From contig NC_068984.1 of assembly GCF_001194135.2 (NCBI RefSeq), positions 99,095,251 through 99,159,250 of the forward strand: a DNA stretch of 64,000 nucleotides, given 5' to 3'. Below the pieces are notes generated by a model. The model worked only from the letters and a program-made list of their open reading frames with translations, did not search any database and was not told the DNA's origin. The first letter of the stretch is position 1. Each line of letters begins with the position of its first letter. Below, piece after piece: positions 35,851-47,395 of the stretch. This DNA comes from Octopus bimaculoides (lineage: Eukaryota). The translations under genes were made by a program, and so were the position numbers.

Positions 35851-38077
35851 GTCTATTGGTTGGGGAGAGCTAACAGCCTGTTTTATTCTCTAGCAAAGGG
35901 CAGATTTGTGTGGAATTCCCTAATTGATCCCAAGGTGTCTGTCCTGCTTTTCATATACAAATACATGAATATATATATCACATAATGTTTATGTATCTAT
36001 TTGATATACTCCTGCATTAAACTCAATATTGAATTCTATAGCAAAATAGAACTTACCATTTTGTATTTTGTGTTTGTAACCCCCCCATCATCAATAAAAA
36101 AAGAGCCTTATTGTTGTTATTGTTGTTTGTTGATAGATATTGTATATGTACTCCAAGAAAAAGTTATTTTTAACTGAGTTATTTTATGAAGGAAGCTAGA
36201 TTTATCAGTTCCAATTTTACTAACTAATAGTTTTAGGAATTTATGAGGGTCCACCCTATTGTCTGAGATAAAATAAAGACTTGAGGCATTTTTATTGTTT
36301 ACATATTGCTGACAAATAGATATTTGCATTATTTACATACAGTGTAAAATAATGTCCATTTCAGAAGTAGCAGGAAGAGATGTTTGCCACACACGTGGTA
36401 ACAACAACCTCCTTGATGTAAACAAACATAGACCCAAATTATTTTCAAATAAAAATCAAGATTTTTTAAAAATCACACGAGCAGATCTTTAAGATGAAGC
36501 ATTTACAGCTGTATACTGGAAGACACAAAACTAATAGCATTAGAAACATTAACTTGAATGGAAAAAATACAGTTCAAACAGTAACAACCATACAAACAAC
36601 AATAACATTGCATCATTTGTTAATGTGAAGGTCGAAAGGACCCACTCAAATCCAATAAAAGAAAAGGAGAATAAATGAATGAGGTAAATCAGAAAAAGTT
36701 GTGTTTCTTTGCTTGACAAATTTATCCAAGAAAAGTGAGGAAGATGGTGACATACCTTTGGTTTTTAATGTAGAAATGTGGCTTCCATATGAGCTCAAAA
36801 GAGATCCTGGAAAAAACTCTGGTCAATGAGTTTGTGAATGTATGCTCCATTGGCCAGAACAGGGCATTGGAATGTGTATTTAGGCTTTAGCATCAATGAT
36901 CGAGTGAAGAGATGTACAGCTGATGTGTCATACAGTTGTTCACAGTCTTACAGTAGCTGAGTGTCAGTGACCTACTTGCAAGATATAATCAAATGGAGTC
37001 TACATGTTCCTCTATGTTTTGATGACTTCCAATGATCATAAAGTTATTCTGTAAGTGGCACTTGATTGAAGAAACCACTTGGATTGGTGGAGATGTGTCA
37101 CTGCTACACACTTGAGGACATCTGACTAGAAAAAGATTGCAAAATGGCAGAGATAGCAGCAAAGGCAGTAGTACCAATAGCAGCAGACTTCGAAAGGGAA
37201 GGCCATGGCTTCTGGGAATTGCGTAATATCTCAATATTTTGTGATACTTTTAGTACCACAACTTTTCAATACTGACTAGCATAACATATAATCCAGATTA
37301 TTTGAGAATATATTCCTCATGATATAGAACTGTGCCTGGAAGAATGACATAAATTAGAATTTTGAGATAATTCGTGTTCTCAGCTATAATTAAATATTTG
37401 ATGTATTTGAACAAGATTAATCTTTCTTACTGATAACATTATAAATAGTTTTGACAACAATGTCATGTCTTGTGGAGAGGTAGTTGAACCTCGAGGACAT
37501 TTTAGTGCAGCTGAGAATGATATGGATGATAACTTCTACTCTGGTATCACTCAAGCAACATTTTCTATCACAATGTATATGTTTGAAAAGCATGTTTATC
37601 TCTTTTGTTAATCAGAATTATTAAATATCTCCTGTTAACAAGGGTGTATCCTTCAAAGTGAGATGTGCTGAATCTATCACAAATCCATGAGAAGTTATTC
37701 TTGTCTTATACTGTTGGTATTCTCCAACTTGCAAGATATGTATTTATGCATAAATTTCTTGTTGTATGATGAGTGTTCCTTCTCAAAGCTTCTCTCTATG
37801 AAGATTAGTCCAGCTATTCCTAGATCACATTAACCAGCTGTACACTGAGGGCCTATTCACCTATACCTATGTTATTTCACTGTAGAGTACACATGTGAAG
37901 TACTCATTTCTTCTTATACTGTTTGTTGAGGTGTTGTGAGGCTGTTAACTGAGGCAGAAATATATCAGGCCTTATGTATCGAAAAATTTTGCATTGGATT
38001 AAAACAGGACTATGATCCAGGATGCCAACAAGTTCAAAAACAGGTACGTATGTATATCATTATGTATGTATTAATAA

Positions 38078-38116
<39 letters not shown>

Positions 38117-38410
38117 NNNNNNNNNNNNNNNNNNNNNNNNNNNNNNNNNNNNNNNNNNNNNNNNNNNNNNNNNNNNNNNNNNNNNNNNNNNNNNNNNNNN
38201 NNNNNNNNNNNNNNNNNNNNNNNNNNNNNNNNNNNNNNNNNNNNNNNNNNNNNNNNNNNNNNNNNNNNNNNNNNNNNNNNNNNNNNNNNNNNNNNNNNNN
38301 NNNNNNNNNNNNNNNNNNNNNNNNNNNNNNNNNNNNNNNNNNNNNNNNNNNNNNNNNNNNNNNNNNNNNNNNNNNNNNNNNNNNNNNNNNNNNNNNNNNN
38401 NNNNNNNNNN

Positions 38411-38524
38411 GAGCTCTGTTGCTGTCTGTCCTCTTCGTCGGCCGGCGAGAAAAAGAGAATGATTAAGGGCGCGAAGGTTGGATATTGATGACTACGCATG
38501 CGCACGAGACAAGGCGTTACTACA
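38411..38524 (-). repeat. 3' LTR (partial; the remainder lies in the N-gap)
   Basis: Identical start TGTAGTAACG, preceded on the minus strand by the purine tract aggggagccc. Confidence 0.85.
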
Positions 38525-38534
38525 GGGCTCCCCT
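38525..38534 (-). promoter_or_regulatory. Polypurine tract
   Basis: AGGGGAGCCC immediately 5' of the 3' LTR on the minus strand. Confidence 0.7.
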
Positions 38535-39895
38535 GCGAGTGCGGAACGCACGAAAATAGAAAATTGGAGGAACGCCTGAGGCAAGATGGCCACCGAAAGC
38601 CACCTACAAGATGTGGCACAAACACACACAAAGAAAAATCAAAGAAATGAATGTACACTTGTGAGATACATGCATGCAATGTTTCTGAAAGGAAAGAAAA
38701 TATATGAGTGCACAAGTGTGTGTGTGAAAGAAAACACAGAACATAGTAGAAGTGTCTGTAGAGAAAAAAATCCAGTTCGTATAAGAGTTACACAAGATGA
38801 TAGAATGTTCATACGCAGGAAGTTGTGGTCAAGGAGCAGAGATGTAGTTGAGCGTCGATCCTGGGACTTGTGTTACCTGGTACGGAATATTCTATAAAAG
38901 TTACACAAGGAGATTTGGAATGTTAATACGCAGGAAGTTGTAGTCAAGGAGCAGAGCTGTAGTTGAGCGTCGGATGCTGGTTGAGACCTGTTACCTGGTA
39001 CTGAACATTCTAGCTGGTCTGTTGATCGTGAGTGGAAAACATCCACTCTAACAGAGTCGAGATAAAACCGCGCTTGTTGATGTTGGTTGCTTGTGTATGT
39101 GTAGAAATCATGTTGACGATGCTGGTAGTACGTTGAGTCGTATTGCTGATGGCGACGTCGGGGGGCGATGCTTGTAGTTCGTCGTGGTTGTTGATGTCGT
39201 CGCTGTAAACTGGCTGTGTTCTGTATGTGTGGTGGTAATGATGTTGACAGTGGTGTGTGGTGTTTGAAAAGGTACGCTTTTTCAGACGGTCGACAGACAC
39301 AATCTCTGTACGACCATTAGCGTCGACCTTGAAGAAATTCAACCCAAGACTACGGGTTGGGCGAGGCGTGTAAGGCAGCCTTAAATTGCCTATGAAAAAC
39401 GCTCAACCATCCCATTAGAAGCGGGATGGTAGCTGATGGTGCGTATCAGGAGAGAGAAATTTGACAGGGCGTCTATTTGAGTGGCATTGTGAAATGTAAC
39501 TGTGCATTTTACTGCTATTTTTAGCAAGTAGAGGACACTGTGTACGAATGAATTGACGTCTCGTGAAACATGTAGGAAATTGCTCAAAAAGTTGTTAGGA
39601 TGAAATAACCGTGAAATTTTTTGTGTGAAAAACCACAAAGGTATTAGCAGGAAAGAAGTCTTTGGTTATAGTCTCTAGAAGTCATTGACAAAAAAGAAAA
39701 ACTTTAACGTACAAAAAATTTTCTTAGATTTTCACTTGTGTTTGATGAGAGTGTAGAGGCAATCCTGATGTTGAACGTCGCGAAACATACGAATTCAATG
39801 GCTGTTGAAATGAGGTCCGTAGATCTTTTAGCTCGAGGTACCAATTGTAGTATTATTGGTCGCAGTTCAGAATCCGTGGCTGCGGTTGTTCTTAC

Positions 39896-39907
39896 TCGGG
39901 GTCACCA
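39896..39907 (-). promoter_or_regulatory. Primer-binding site complementary to the tRNA-Trp 3' end
   Basis: TGGTGACCCCGA is a 12-nt match to the known tRNA-Trp PBS TGGTGACCCCGACGTGAT and lies 2 nt after the LTR. Confidence 0.8.
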
Positions 39908-39909
39908 AT

Positions 39910-40184
39910 TATAGAAAAGTGGTTATACACCATTAGGTGTATACCCGCTTTCCTATATTAAATTCTGAAGAAACAACGAAACGCTGACTCTGAACTATCA
40001 ACACAACAATATTTATTTATGGAGGAAATAGGCAGCCTTAATCTTGGTTGCTGAGACGCCTTCTGTGAGAGAGCTCTGTTGCCGTCTGTCCTCTTCGCCG
40101 GCCGGCGAGAAAAAGAGAATGATTAAGGGCACGAAGGTTGGATGTTGATGACTACGCATGCGCACGAGACAAGGCGTTACTACA
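39910..40184 (-). repeat. 5' LTR (about 275 bp)
   Basis: Starts TGTAGTAACG on the minus strand and ends ...ttctata immediately before at-TGGTGACCCCGA. Confidence 0.85.
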
Positions 40185-40640
40185 CCTTTTTTGCTTGTTG
40201 CAAGATCATCGACTGTGTATCACTTAATTTATATATATTGCGAGCAAAGGCAAACTACTGCTATCTCTAGCAGATGAGGTGTCCAGTACTGAAGAGAGGC
40301 AGAAATAGCCTGAAACCAGGCTGGTCTGCTGGTCCTATCACTAGAAGATGGTAGGGGTTTACTCCCTTGCTTGCAATATATCGGATGCAGCAGTACATCA
40401 TTAACCAGATAGAGGAGATGTCTTCTTGGGGTTAAAAAAGCACAGTAAAGTCCATTCGAATGGAACATCCATGTTGAAGTGGCTATGAACATTATTTGTG
40501 AGTACAACTACTGCATTCATCTCTTAGAGAGATTATAGAATTAGCCTTTTTCGTTTGTTGCAAGATCAGTGACTGTGTGTCACTTGAATTTATATATATT
40601 GCAAGCAGAGGTGGACTACTTGCTAGTACAACTACTTTTT
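40185..40640 (+). mobile_element. 360-bp-period partial tandem repeat containing a hammerhead (Penelope pLTR/retrozyme-like)
   Basis: 40185-40263 is repeated at 40545-40624 (offset exactly 360). The hammerhead lies between the copies. Confidence 0.65.
40283..40332 (+). ncRNA. Canonical type I hammerhead ribozyme motif
   Basis: ccagta-CTGAAGA-g-aggc-agaaata-gcct-GAAA-CCAG-g-CTG-GTC-tgctgg. All three stems pair, with a GUC cleavage triplet. Confidence 0.8.
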
Positions 40641-41482
40641 GCTTGTTTTATATATATATATATTTATAAAAAAGAAGTTTGAAAACGCCAATATATAAAA
40701 AATGAATTTTAATTTAAAATTTTGTCAGAGATATTTTTAACATGTTTCGGTTCTTGTAAAAACGAACCTTATCAAAACTACATATTTAAAAAAATGAAAT
40801 TAAATGAAAAGTTCATAATTGTTCCTTACTGGTGTCAATAGTCCACGTGGGGGCATTTTTTGTTGGTTGTAGTAGTAGTAGTGGCCGTGTTGGCAATGGT
40901 AAATGGCAGTGACCTCTGTCCGTGTCAGCAGCAGCAGTCAATTGGTTGTAGTGGTAGGGGTGGAAGCAGCACAAGCAGTAGTAGTNNNNNNNNNNNNNNN
41001 NNNNNNNNNNNNNNNNNNNNNNNNNNNNNNNNNNNNNNNNNNNNNNNNNNNNNNNNNNNNNNNNNNNNNNNNNNNNNNNNNNNNNNNNNNNNNNNNNNNN
41101 NNNNNNNNNNNNNNNNNNNNNNNNNNNNNNNNNNNNNNNNNNNNNNNNNNNNNNNNNNNNNNNNNNNNNNNNNNNNNNNNNNNNNNNNNNNNNNNNNNNN
41201 NNNNNNNNNNNNNNNNNNNNNNNNNNNNNNNNNNNNNNNNNNNNNNNNNNNNNNNNNNNNNNNNNNNNNNNNNNNNNNNNNNNNNNNNNNNNNNNNNNNN
41301 NNNNNNNNNNNNNNNNNNNNNNNNNNNNNNNNNNNNNNNNNNNNNNNNNNNNNNNNNNNNNNNNNNNNNNNNNNNNNNNNNNNNNNNNNNNNNNNNNNNN
41401 NNNNNNNNNNNNNNNNNNNNNNNNNNNNNNNNNNNNNNNNNNNNNNNNNNNNNNNNNNNNNNNNNNNNNNNNNNNNNNNNNN

Positions 41483-41517
<35 letters not shown>

Positions 41518-41695
41518 AAATTAAACAAAATTAAAAATTTAGGTTTCAGCAAATATTGCTTCATCACACACCGAAAATTAGAAATAGCAGCCAAAACTAC
41601 TATTTCTCTACCAGACATACGACTCCCAAAACAGCAATACTCACAAACTACAAAGGTAAAAAAGGAAAAACAATGAATCTACCCGGCCTTGATTA

Positions 41696-41767
41696 ATTAC
41701 AGACATGTTTCTAGATCAACAAGGTGTAAAATATATTACCCAATCGTATTTCCTTCATCAGTGTAAT
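41696..41767 (-). ncRNA. Type I hammerhead ribozyme motif
   Basis: Minus strand attaca-CTGATGA-[43 nt]-GAAAC-at-GTC-tgtaat. Stem I is a perfect 6 bp and stem III is palindromic (ACATGT). Stem II is only partly paired. Confidence 0.7.
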
Positions 41768-43183
41768 ATTTCAAAATTATAAATCAGAGAATGCTAATAA
41801 AAGAATAATTAATTCGATCAGGCGGCATCAAATGGTTATCCATGAACAGCATTTCCGTATTCATATAGACGAGCGAGAAAATCGTATCATTCCCCAATTA
41901 CCCACGTGCGCTACGAGTAATTCCGCAGAAGACTGCAGTTTACTATCAGGGAGCAAATAAATTCATAATTTGGGGCACAAGAAGCCAGCACCATTTTGTA
42001 CGAGATCTTACTGGTAGCCATTACCATGTCCAAGAGAGGAGCAAGATCTCACCTGCAACCATTTGCCATGCGTAAGAAGACAGTGAGATTCGAGTCAGCA
42101 ACGACTATATTTAGCAGGAGAATTAAGACATTTACCCTTTTTCTTCCTTCTCGCTTACACTGAGAAACACTGCAAGCTGACAACTTACACCAGATTCTTA
42201 TCCCGCTCTAACTTCACCTGTTATCTCCAGAGGTAATGTACCTCACGTGAATGGAGCTATAACGAACTACGCGCTGCCATAAAGATCGTCACTGGGAGCG
42301 AGCCGCATGAATGAGAACTAAAATAAACAACTATTGAATTGCACTACATTTGTAAACTTCTTCTTCGAGTTCCAGGTCTTTCAGGCTACAGAAATAATTG
42401 TAATGGGAGAAAGAAATACTCCACAGGTATCACAAGCCTTCAATTTCATTTTATATATATATATATATACACACACACAGGTGTTTATGGTTGTGTATAG
42501 AATATATCACACAAAGAAATTCTAACTTTGATTTTCACGTTTTATTTAAAATCTTCTAATAACATAAATATAATATAATGAAATGATAGAATATTAAATG
42601 TCCATTCTGATTGAACTAGTACTTTCGTGCATTAAACTATGCAATCTTCAGGTTCATATTAGTAGCGGTGATAGTTATGATTTGCAATTTACAACTTTAG
42701 TGAGATGGCTAAAATGTGTGCCTTAAATACATTTGTATAAGGTTCCAGAATGCTAAGTTTTGTAAACTGTATTCTGACCAATCAGTGTGTGGCTTTACTA
42801 AAATACTTAAGTTGATTGGTGTTTGGTTTAGGCATCATGGTTTGTTGAATATGTCAAGAGACCTGTATTTTGACCCTGGCGAAAGCAGTAATTGCTTGGT
42901 TAATTTTAGAAATGTTGTAAATAACATTTCGCAGGGATTTTTACATCTCAATTATCATCATCATCACCATTATCTTCACCTTTATTATTGTTGTTGTTGG
43001 TTGTGGTGGTGGTAGGAGTAGCTGTGGTTAAAAAACTTTAAACCTTAAATGAGATTATTTTTATTGACTTTTCTCTTGACTTAGCTAGTAGTTTCCTGCT
43101 ATCGTCATCATGAAAACCTTTAATATTGTTGTTGCTGTTAGTTGTGGTAGTTGATGTAGTTGAAATAGTATCTCTAAGTATTA

Positions 43184-44210
43184 TTATTGTTTATTTAGCT
43201 TGGATTGGAATTTATTCATAAAGTTCTTTTCTCTGATCTTTCTCTCGATTTCTCTTGGACTGTGTAGTATGTGGAATGGAAATATTATAAATATTTTCCG
43301 ACCACATGTTGCTAGATGGTTACTCAAAGATATCTGATGGACATCTGGGTTGCTAATTTGATGTCTGTGCACACGTGAACGTTCTGATAGTGCATTTCCA
43401 GTCTGAACCACATATAGTTCTTCACAATTCAGGCATTTGATGCAGTAAATTAAACCTCTGCTTTTGTAGTTCATATTTGCATTTGTGAATATTTTTCTGG
43501 TTTTTGTGTTCATACATTGGCTGGTATGTATGAATTGGCATGTGTCACATTGGCTATCATTGCATTTAGATACAGTGAATGATTGGTCGTTGTTGCTAAG
43601 GTCAAACTTTGCCTTTGTTCATAATTTTTTCAAGTTTTTAGGCTGTCTTTTACTAAGAACCATAGCTTGATCTGTGATTATATCTTTTAATTCACTACTA
43701 TGAGCAATGATTGGCAATGTTGAAGATATTCTAGTGACATGGGTTGTGTGTCATTATAAATGGTATGACTTGTTCTTGTTTTCCTCTTCTTTGGGTTGTC
43801 CTCAGTTGTTGTATGGGTATTTTTATAGCCTACTGTATGCCATTTTCTATAAATAGAGACAGGTATTTTTGTTTGAGTAAAAATTCTCTTAGGCATTTGT
43901 TCCTGATATCCACATCTTCTACAATGGTACAAATTCTTCCGGCTAGGTGGTATGAGATGTGTTTTGTATGTGGCATGACTTAAAATTCAGGTATTGATGT
44001 GTCTCTGTTTGTTTATAGCATATATCTGTGGTAATGGTGGTGTCCTTTTTAATTACTATTATATCTAGGTATGGTAATTTGGTACTACTCACCTCCTTTG
44101 TAAATTGGAGAGATAGGTGTAGATTATTCAGAAGGATATTGAACTCTTCCAGAGTATTTAGAGATTCTGTCCAGATTATGAAGCAATCATAATGTAAAAT
44201 GCAGAGCAAT
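43184..44210 (-). mobile_element. Decayed Penelope-like element (RT C-terminus plus GIY-YIG)
   Basis: Translations: DCFIIW...LNNLHLSLQFTKE...LPYLDI...YKQTETHQYLNFKSCH, and LIYCIKCLNCEELYVVQTG...ERSRVH...RE...FQSKLN. Confidence 0.85.
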
Positions 44211-44433
44211 CCTCAGCTGCACAAAGATATAGAAATTTAATGCAATTACATTTAAACAGAAGGACATATTTTTATAACTACATTTAAACTCTCCAAGTAG
44301 AAAGGAAGAATAAACAAAACCATTTTGACTTAGCCAGACCATACAGGATAGTAAATAATTCTAAGCAGATTTTTAACTGTCAGTGATTTTATTTGTTTTT
44401 TTGTTTCTGATTTATGGACTATTCTATCAGACC

Positions 44434-44470
<37 letters not shown>

Positions 44471-44494
44471 ATATACACATACATATGCACAATG

Positions 44495-44650
44495 ACCTTC
44501 TTTCAGATTCCATCTACTAAATTCTACTCACAAGGTTTTGGTTGGCTTGAAGCTATAATAAAGGACACTTGTGCAAGGTGCCATGCAGTGGGACTGAACC
44601 TGGGACCACATGGTTGGAAAGCAATCTTCTTACCACACAGCCATGCCTGC
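44495..44650 (-). mobile_element. (GT/TA)-tailed tRNA SINE copy
   Basis: Same body as 10870-11012, including the head (cttaccacacagccatgcc on the plus strand). Confidence 0.8.
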
Positions 44651-45278
44651 ACCTAATTATATAATATAATATAACTAAACTAGTGACCAGCAACAGTGAT
44701 AGAATAATAAGTTTCATTACCACCATGGACTGAAATATTTTTTAGTAAAATTTCTTTTCAGATCACTGTCAATAGAAAAATTAGTGTCCAGATATTGGAC
44801 ACTTCCAGCATATTCTATTCTATTCAACTACAGCAGGTAGAAAATCACTGAGAGAGACACTACCTCTATTCAATGGTGGAAGTGGCACCACATGCCTGTC
44901 TGTGTGTATAATTGATATGTATGTACATCAAAGTAATAAATTGTTAAGTAGGAATCATTTATCCATTCGCAGACATAAGTCTGCCTGTATCAAGTGCCAG
45001 CTCAAAGAAGTGCAAAATTTACAGTGAATCAGTAATTACCAATACAGTATCAAGTTATATGTTCAACCACAGCTAAATGGTACAGATAAACTGCAAGCAC
45101 ATTGCCTAGTGGCTTGGCTTATTTTAAAAAATTTATCTCCAACATAAAAAGGGTTGCATTCTGAGAAACAAAGCATTTTCATTGAAATATAAAGAATTTC
45201 AACTAAGTGGCTATGTATGATATATATATATATATGTGTGTGAAAATGAATGTCGTTATTAGAGTTCTATATGCCCAC

Positions 45279-45545
45279 GGGCATATGGCATAGTGGTTAA
45301 GAGTGCGGGCTACTAATCCCAAGATTCCGAGTTCAATTCCAAGCAGTGACCTGAATAATAATAATAATAATAATAATAACAATAATAATAACAACAACAA
45401 CATCGAAAAATACCTTAGGAATGAGCAGGTTCAAAATTTCCCCAAAATACCTGATGAAGGCTGGAGGGTATATCAGCTGAAACGTTGTGTTAACAACAAA
45501 CAAGTTGAGGACAAATATCCGTCAATTGTAAATAATGTGAATGTC
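45279..45545 (+). mobile_element. tRNA-headed SINE-like element with an (AAT)n spacer and a 3' hammerhead motif
   Basis: Box A tggcatagtgg at 45286-45296, box B gagttcaattcc at 45329-45340, (AAT/AAC)n at 45354-45400, hammerhead at 45446-45491. Confidence 0.75.
45446..45491 (+). ncRNA. Minimal type I hammerhead ribozyme motif
   Basis: aatac-CTGATGA-a-ggctg-gagggtatat-cagct-GAAAC-GTT-gtgtt. Stem I aatac/gtgtt, palindromic AACGTT stem III (would need a dimer), GUU triplet. Confidence 0.65.
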
Positions 45546-45582
45546 ATTGTATTTGTTGATCTGTATTTTGACTTATGTAAGC

Positions 45583-45897
45583 ATGCATGGCTCAGTGGTA
45601 GTGAGGTAGTGAGTTCGATTCTTGGACTGGGCTGTGTGTTGTGTTCTTGAGCAAGACACTTTATTTCACATTGCCCTAATTCACTCATCTGTAGAAATGA
45701 GTTGTGACATCACTGGTGTGAAGCTGTACTGGCCTTTGCCATTCTCTTGGATAACACTGGTGGCATAGAGAGGGGAGGCTGGTATGCACGGGCAACTGCT
45801 GGTCTTCCATAAACAACCTAGCCTGGACTTATGCCTTAGAGGGGAACTTTCTTGGTGCAATTCCATGGTTATTCATGATAGAAGGAGGTCTTCACCC
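45583..45897 (+). mobile_element. tRNA-derived SINE (same family as 5992-6302)
   Basis: Co-linear with the reverse complement of 5992-6302. Confidence 0.85.
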
Positions 45898-45975
45898 TTT
45901 TTTATGCATGTATAAGCATACGTTTGTATGTCTATATATGTATTTACACATATAATGCAGTCTAAAGAATGCTAA

Positions 45976-46025
<50 letters not shown>

Positions 46026-46314
46026 CATACATTCATGGATGCATACACACACACACGCACACACACACTCACACACACACACTCACACACACACATATGT
46101 ATATACAAACATTTTTTAATATATATATGTAAATTCAACATCATCATCACAAACATCCTCAATCTATATCTTCTCCCCTATTCAGGCATGGGTTGGATGA
46201 GACATTTTATTGCAGTGCTTTAAAAACTGGTCTCTATCAAAGCTAGGACTCAAGTATTACTTAGTAAATTTTTTAAATGTCTCCTTATTCTCACTGTTTC
46301 TACAGATTGAAGTA

Positions 46315-47303
46315 TTATTATTATTATTGCTTCATATACACTCAACAGATTAGACTGTTGGAAAAGAAAAAATCCTAACGTCAAGCTACAACAAGTAAAC
46401 TTAGATGTCAAGAATCCTCCTAAGTAACCTAGCTGTCCCTAATAACACTCTTTTCTGGAGCTGTACTAAACTGGGTTTTATGCCTATTTCCTCTATCCAT
46501 CTGTTCAGATCTTTAGGGATAGTTCCCAATGCACCTATAACTACTGAGATACATTTTACCCACACTTTCCATAGTCTCTGTAATTCAATGGCTAGGTCCT
46601 GGTACTTTTCTATTTTTTCTATACTTCTCACATTAATGTTTTCATCATTTGGGACTGTAAAGTCTATTTTCTGGCATGTTCTATTCTCTTTACCTACCAC
46701 TACCAAATCAGGCCTTCTAGCTTCTATCACTCTGTCTGTCTGAATGTTGAAGTCCCACAACGTCTTATATTTCTTTTTCTAGTACTTTACTAGGTTCGTG
46801 TTCATATCATTTATCAGTATGTTCAAATCCTAGCTTTCTACATAGCCCCTAATGGATTACTTTCCCTAGATTGTCATGTATTTTCTTGTATTCTTTCTGT
46901 GCTAGCATACTACATTCACTTACTATGTGAGTAACGCTTTCCTCTTTTGATTTGCATAATCTACATTGGGAATCTACTTAATTTTTGTTTATCGTGACTT
47001 TTATCCAATTAGTCCTTGATGTTTGATCTTGTGCAGTTACTAACAAACTTACTGTCTCCCTCTTCAGCTTTCCTTTCTGCTACCATAACCATGTCTCACT
47101 ATTGCTATTTGCTGCAACTATCTTTGGGAATCTACCATGAAATGCCTTCTCCTGCCAGTTAGATAATTTCTGTTCTTTTTTCTGGTTTTTAACTTCGTTT
47201 GGGTTTTTAGTTTCTCTATGTCTTCTTGTGACTCTAGCAGCTTTTAATAAACTTTCTTCACTATTACCTACATAGGAGTCTATATCTACTCTAGCTAACT
47301 CCA
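46315..47303 (-). mobile_element. 5'-truncated R4/Dong-like LINE (REL endonuclease), comparatively well preserved
   Basis: ORF 46401-46760 WDFNIQTDRVIEARRPDLVVV...IDFTVP...EKIEKYQDL...VIGALGT; upstream CRLCKSKEESVTHIVSEC zinc knuckle. Short (TAA)n at the 3' end; the 5' end abuts (TAG)n. Confidence 0.9.
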
Positions 47304-47312
47304 CACAGTCTT

Positions 47313-47395
<83 letters not shown>

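Larger units (their letters stand above)
38411..40184 (-). mobile_element. Internally deleted Ty3/Gypsy LTR retrotransposon
   Basis: Direct repeats 38411-38524 and 40071-40184 differ at 4 of 114 nt. The minus-strand LTR starts TGTAG. PBS and PPT are present. Integrase remnants: TISYHPASNGMVERF and FKVDANGRTEIVSVDRLK. Confidence 0.9.

Noticed and set aside
40735-40778. Hammerhead-like motif on the minus strand (TTGATAA-ggttc...gaacc-GAAACATGTT)
   Set aside because: The core has two substitutions and stem I is only about 2 bp. At best a dead remnant, so it is not counted.
42218-42348. Possible solo LTR (TGT...aataaa...ACA)
   Set aside because: Only about 130 bp and the flanks (tcacc/tttgt) do not form a TSD.
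45279-45352. tRNA-like sequences (also at 7850-7920 and 6230-6302)
   Set aside because: Acceptor stems do not pair and each continues into a repeat body. These are SINE heads, not tRNA genes.
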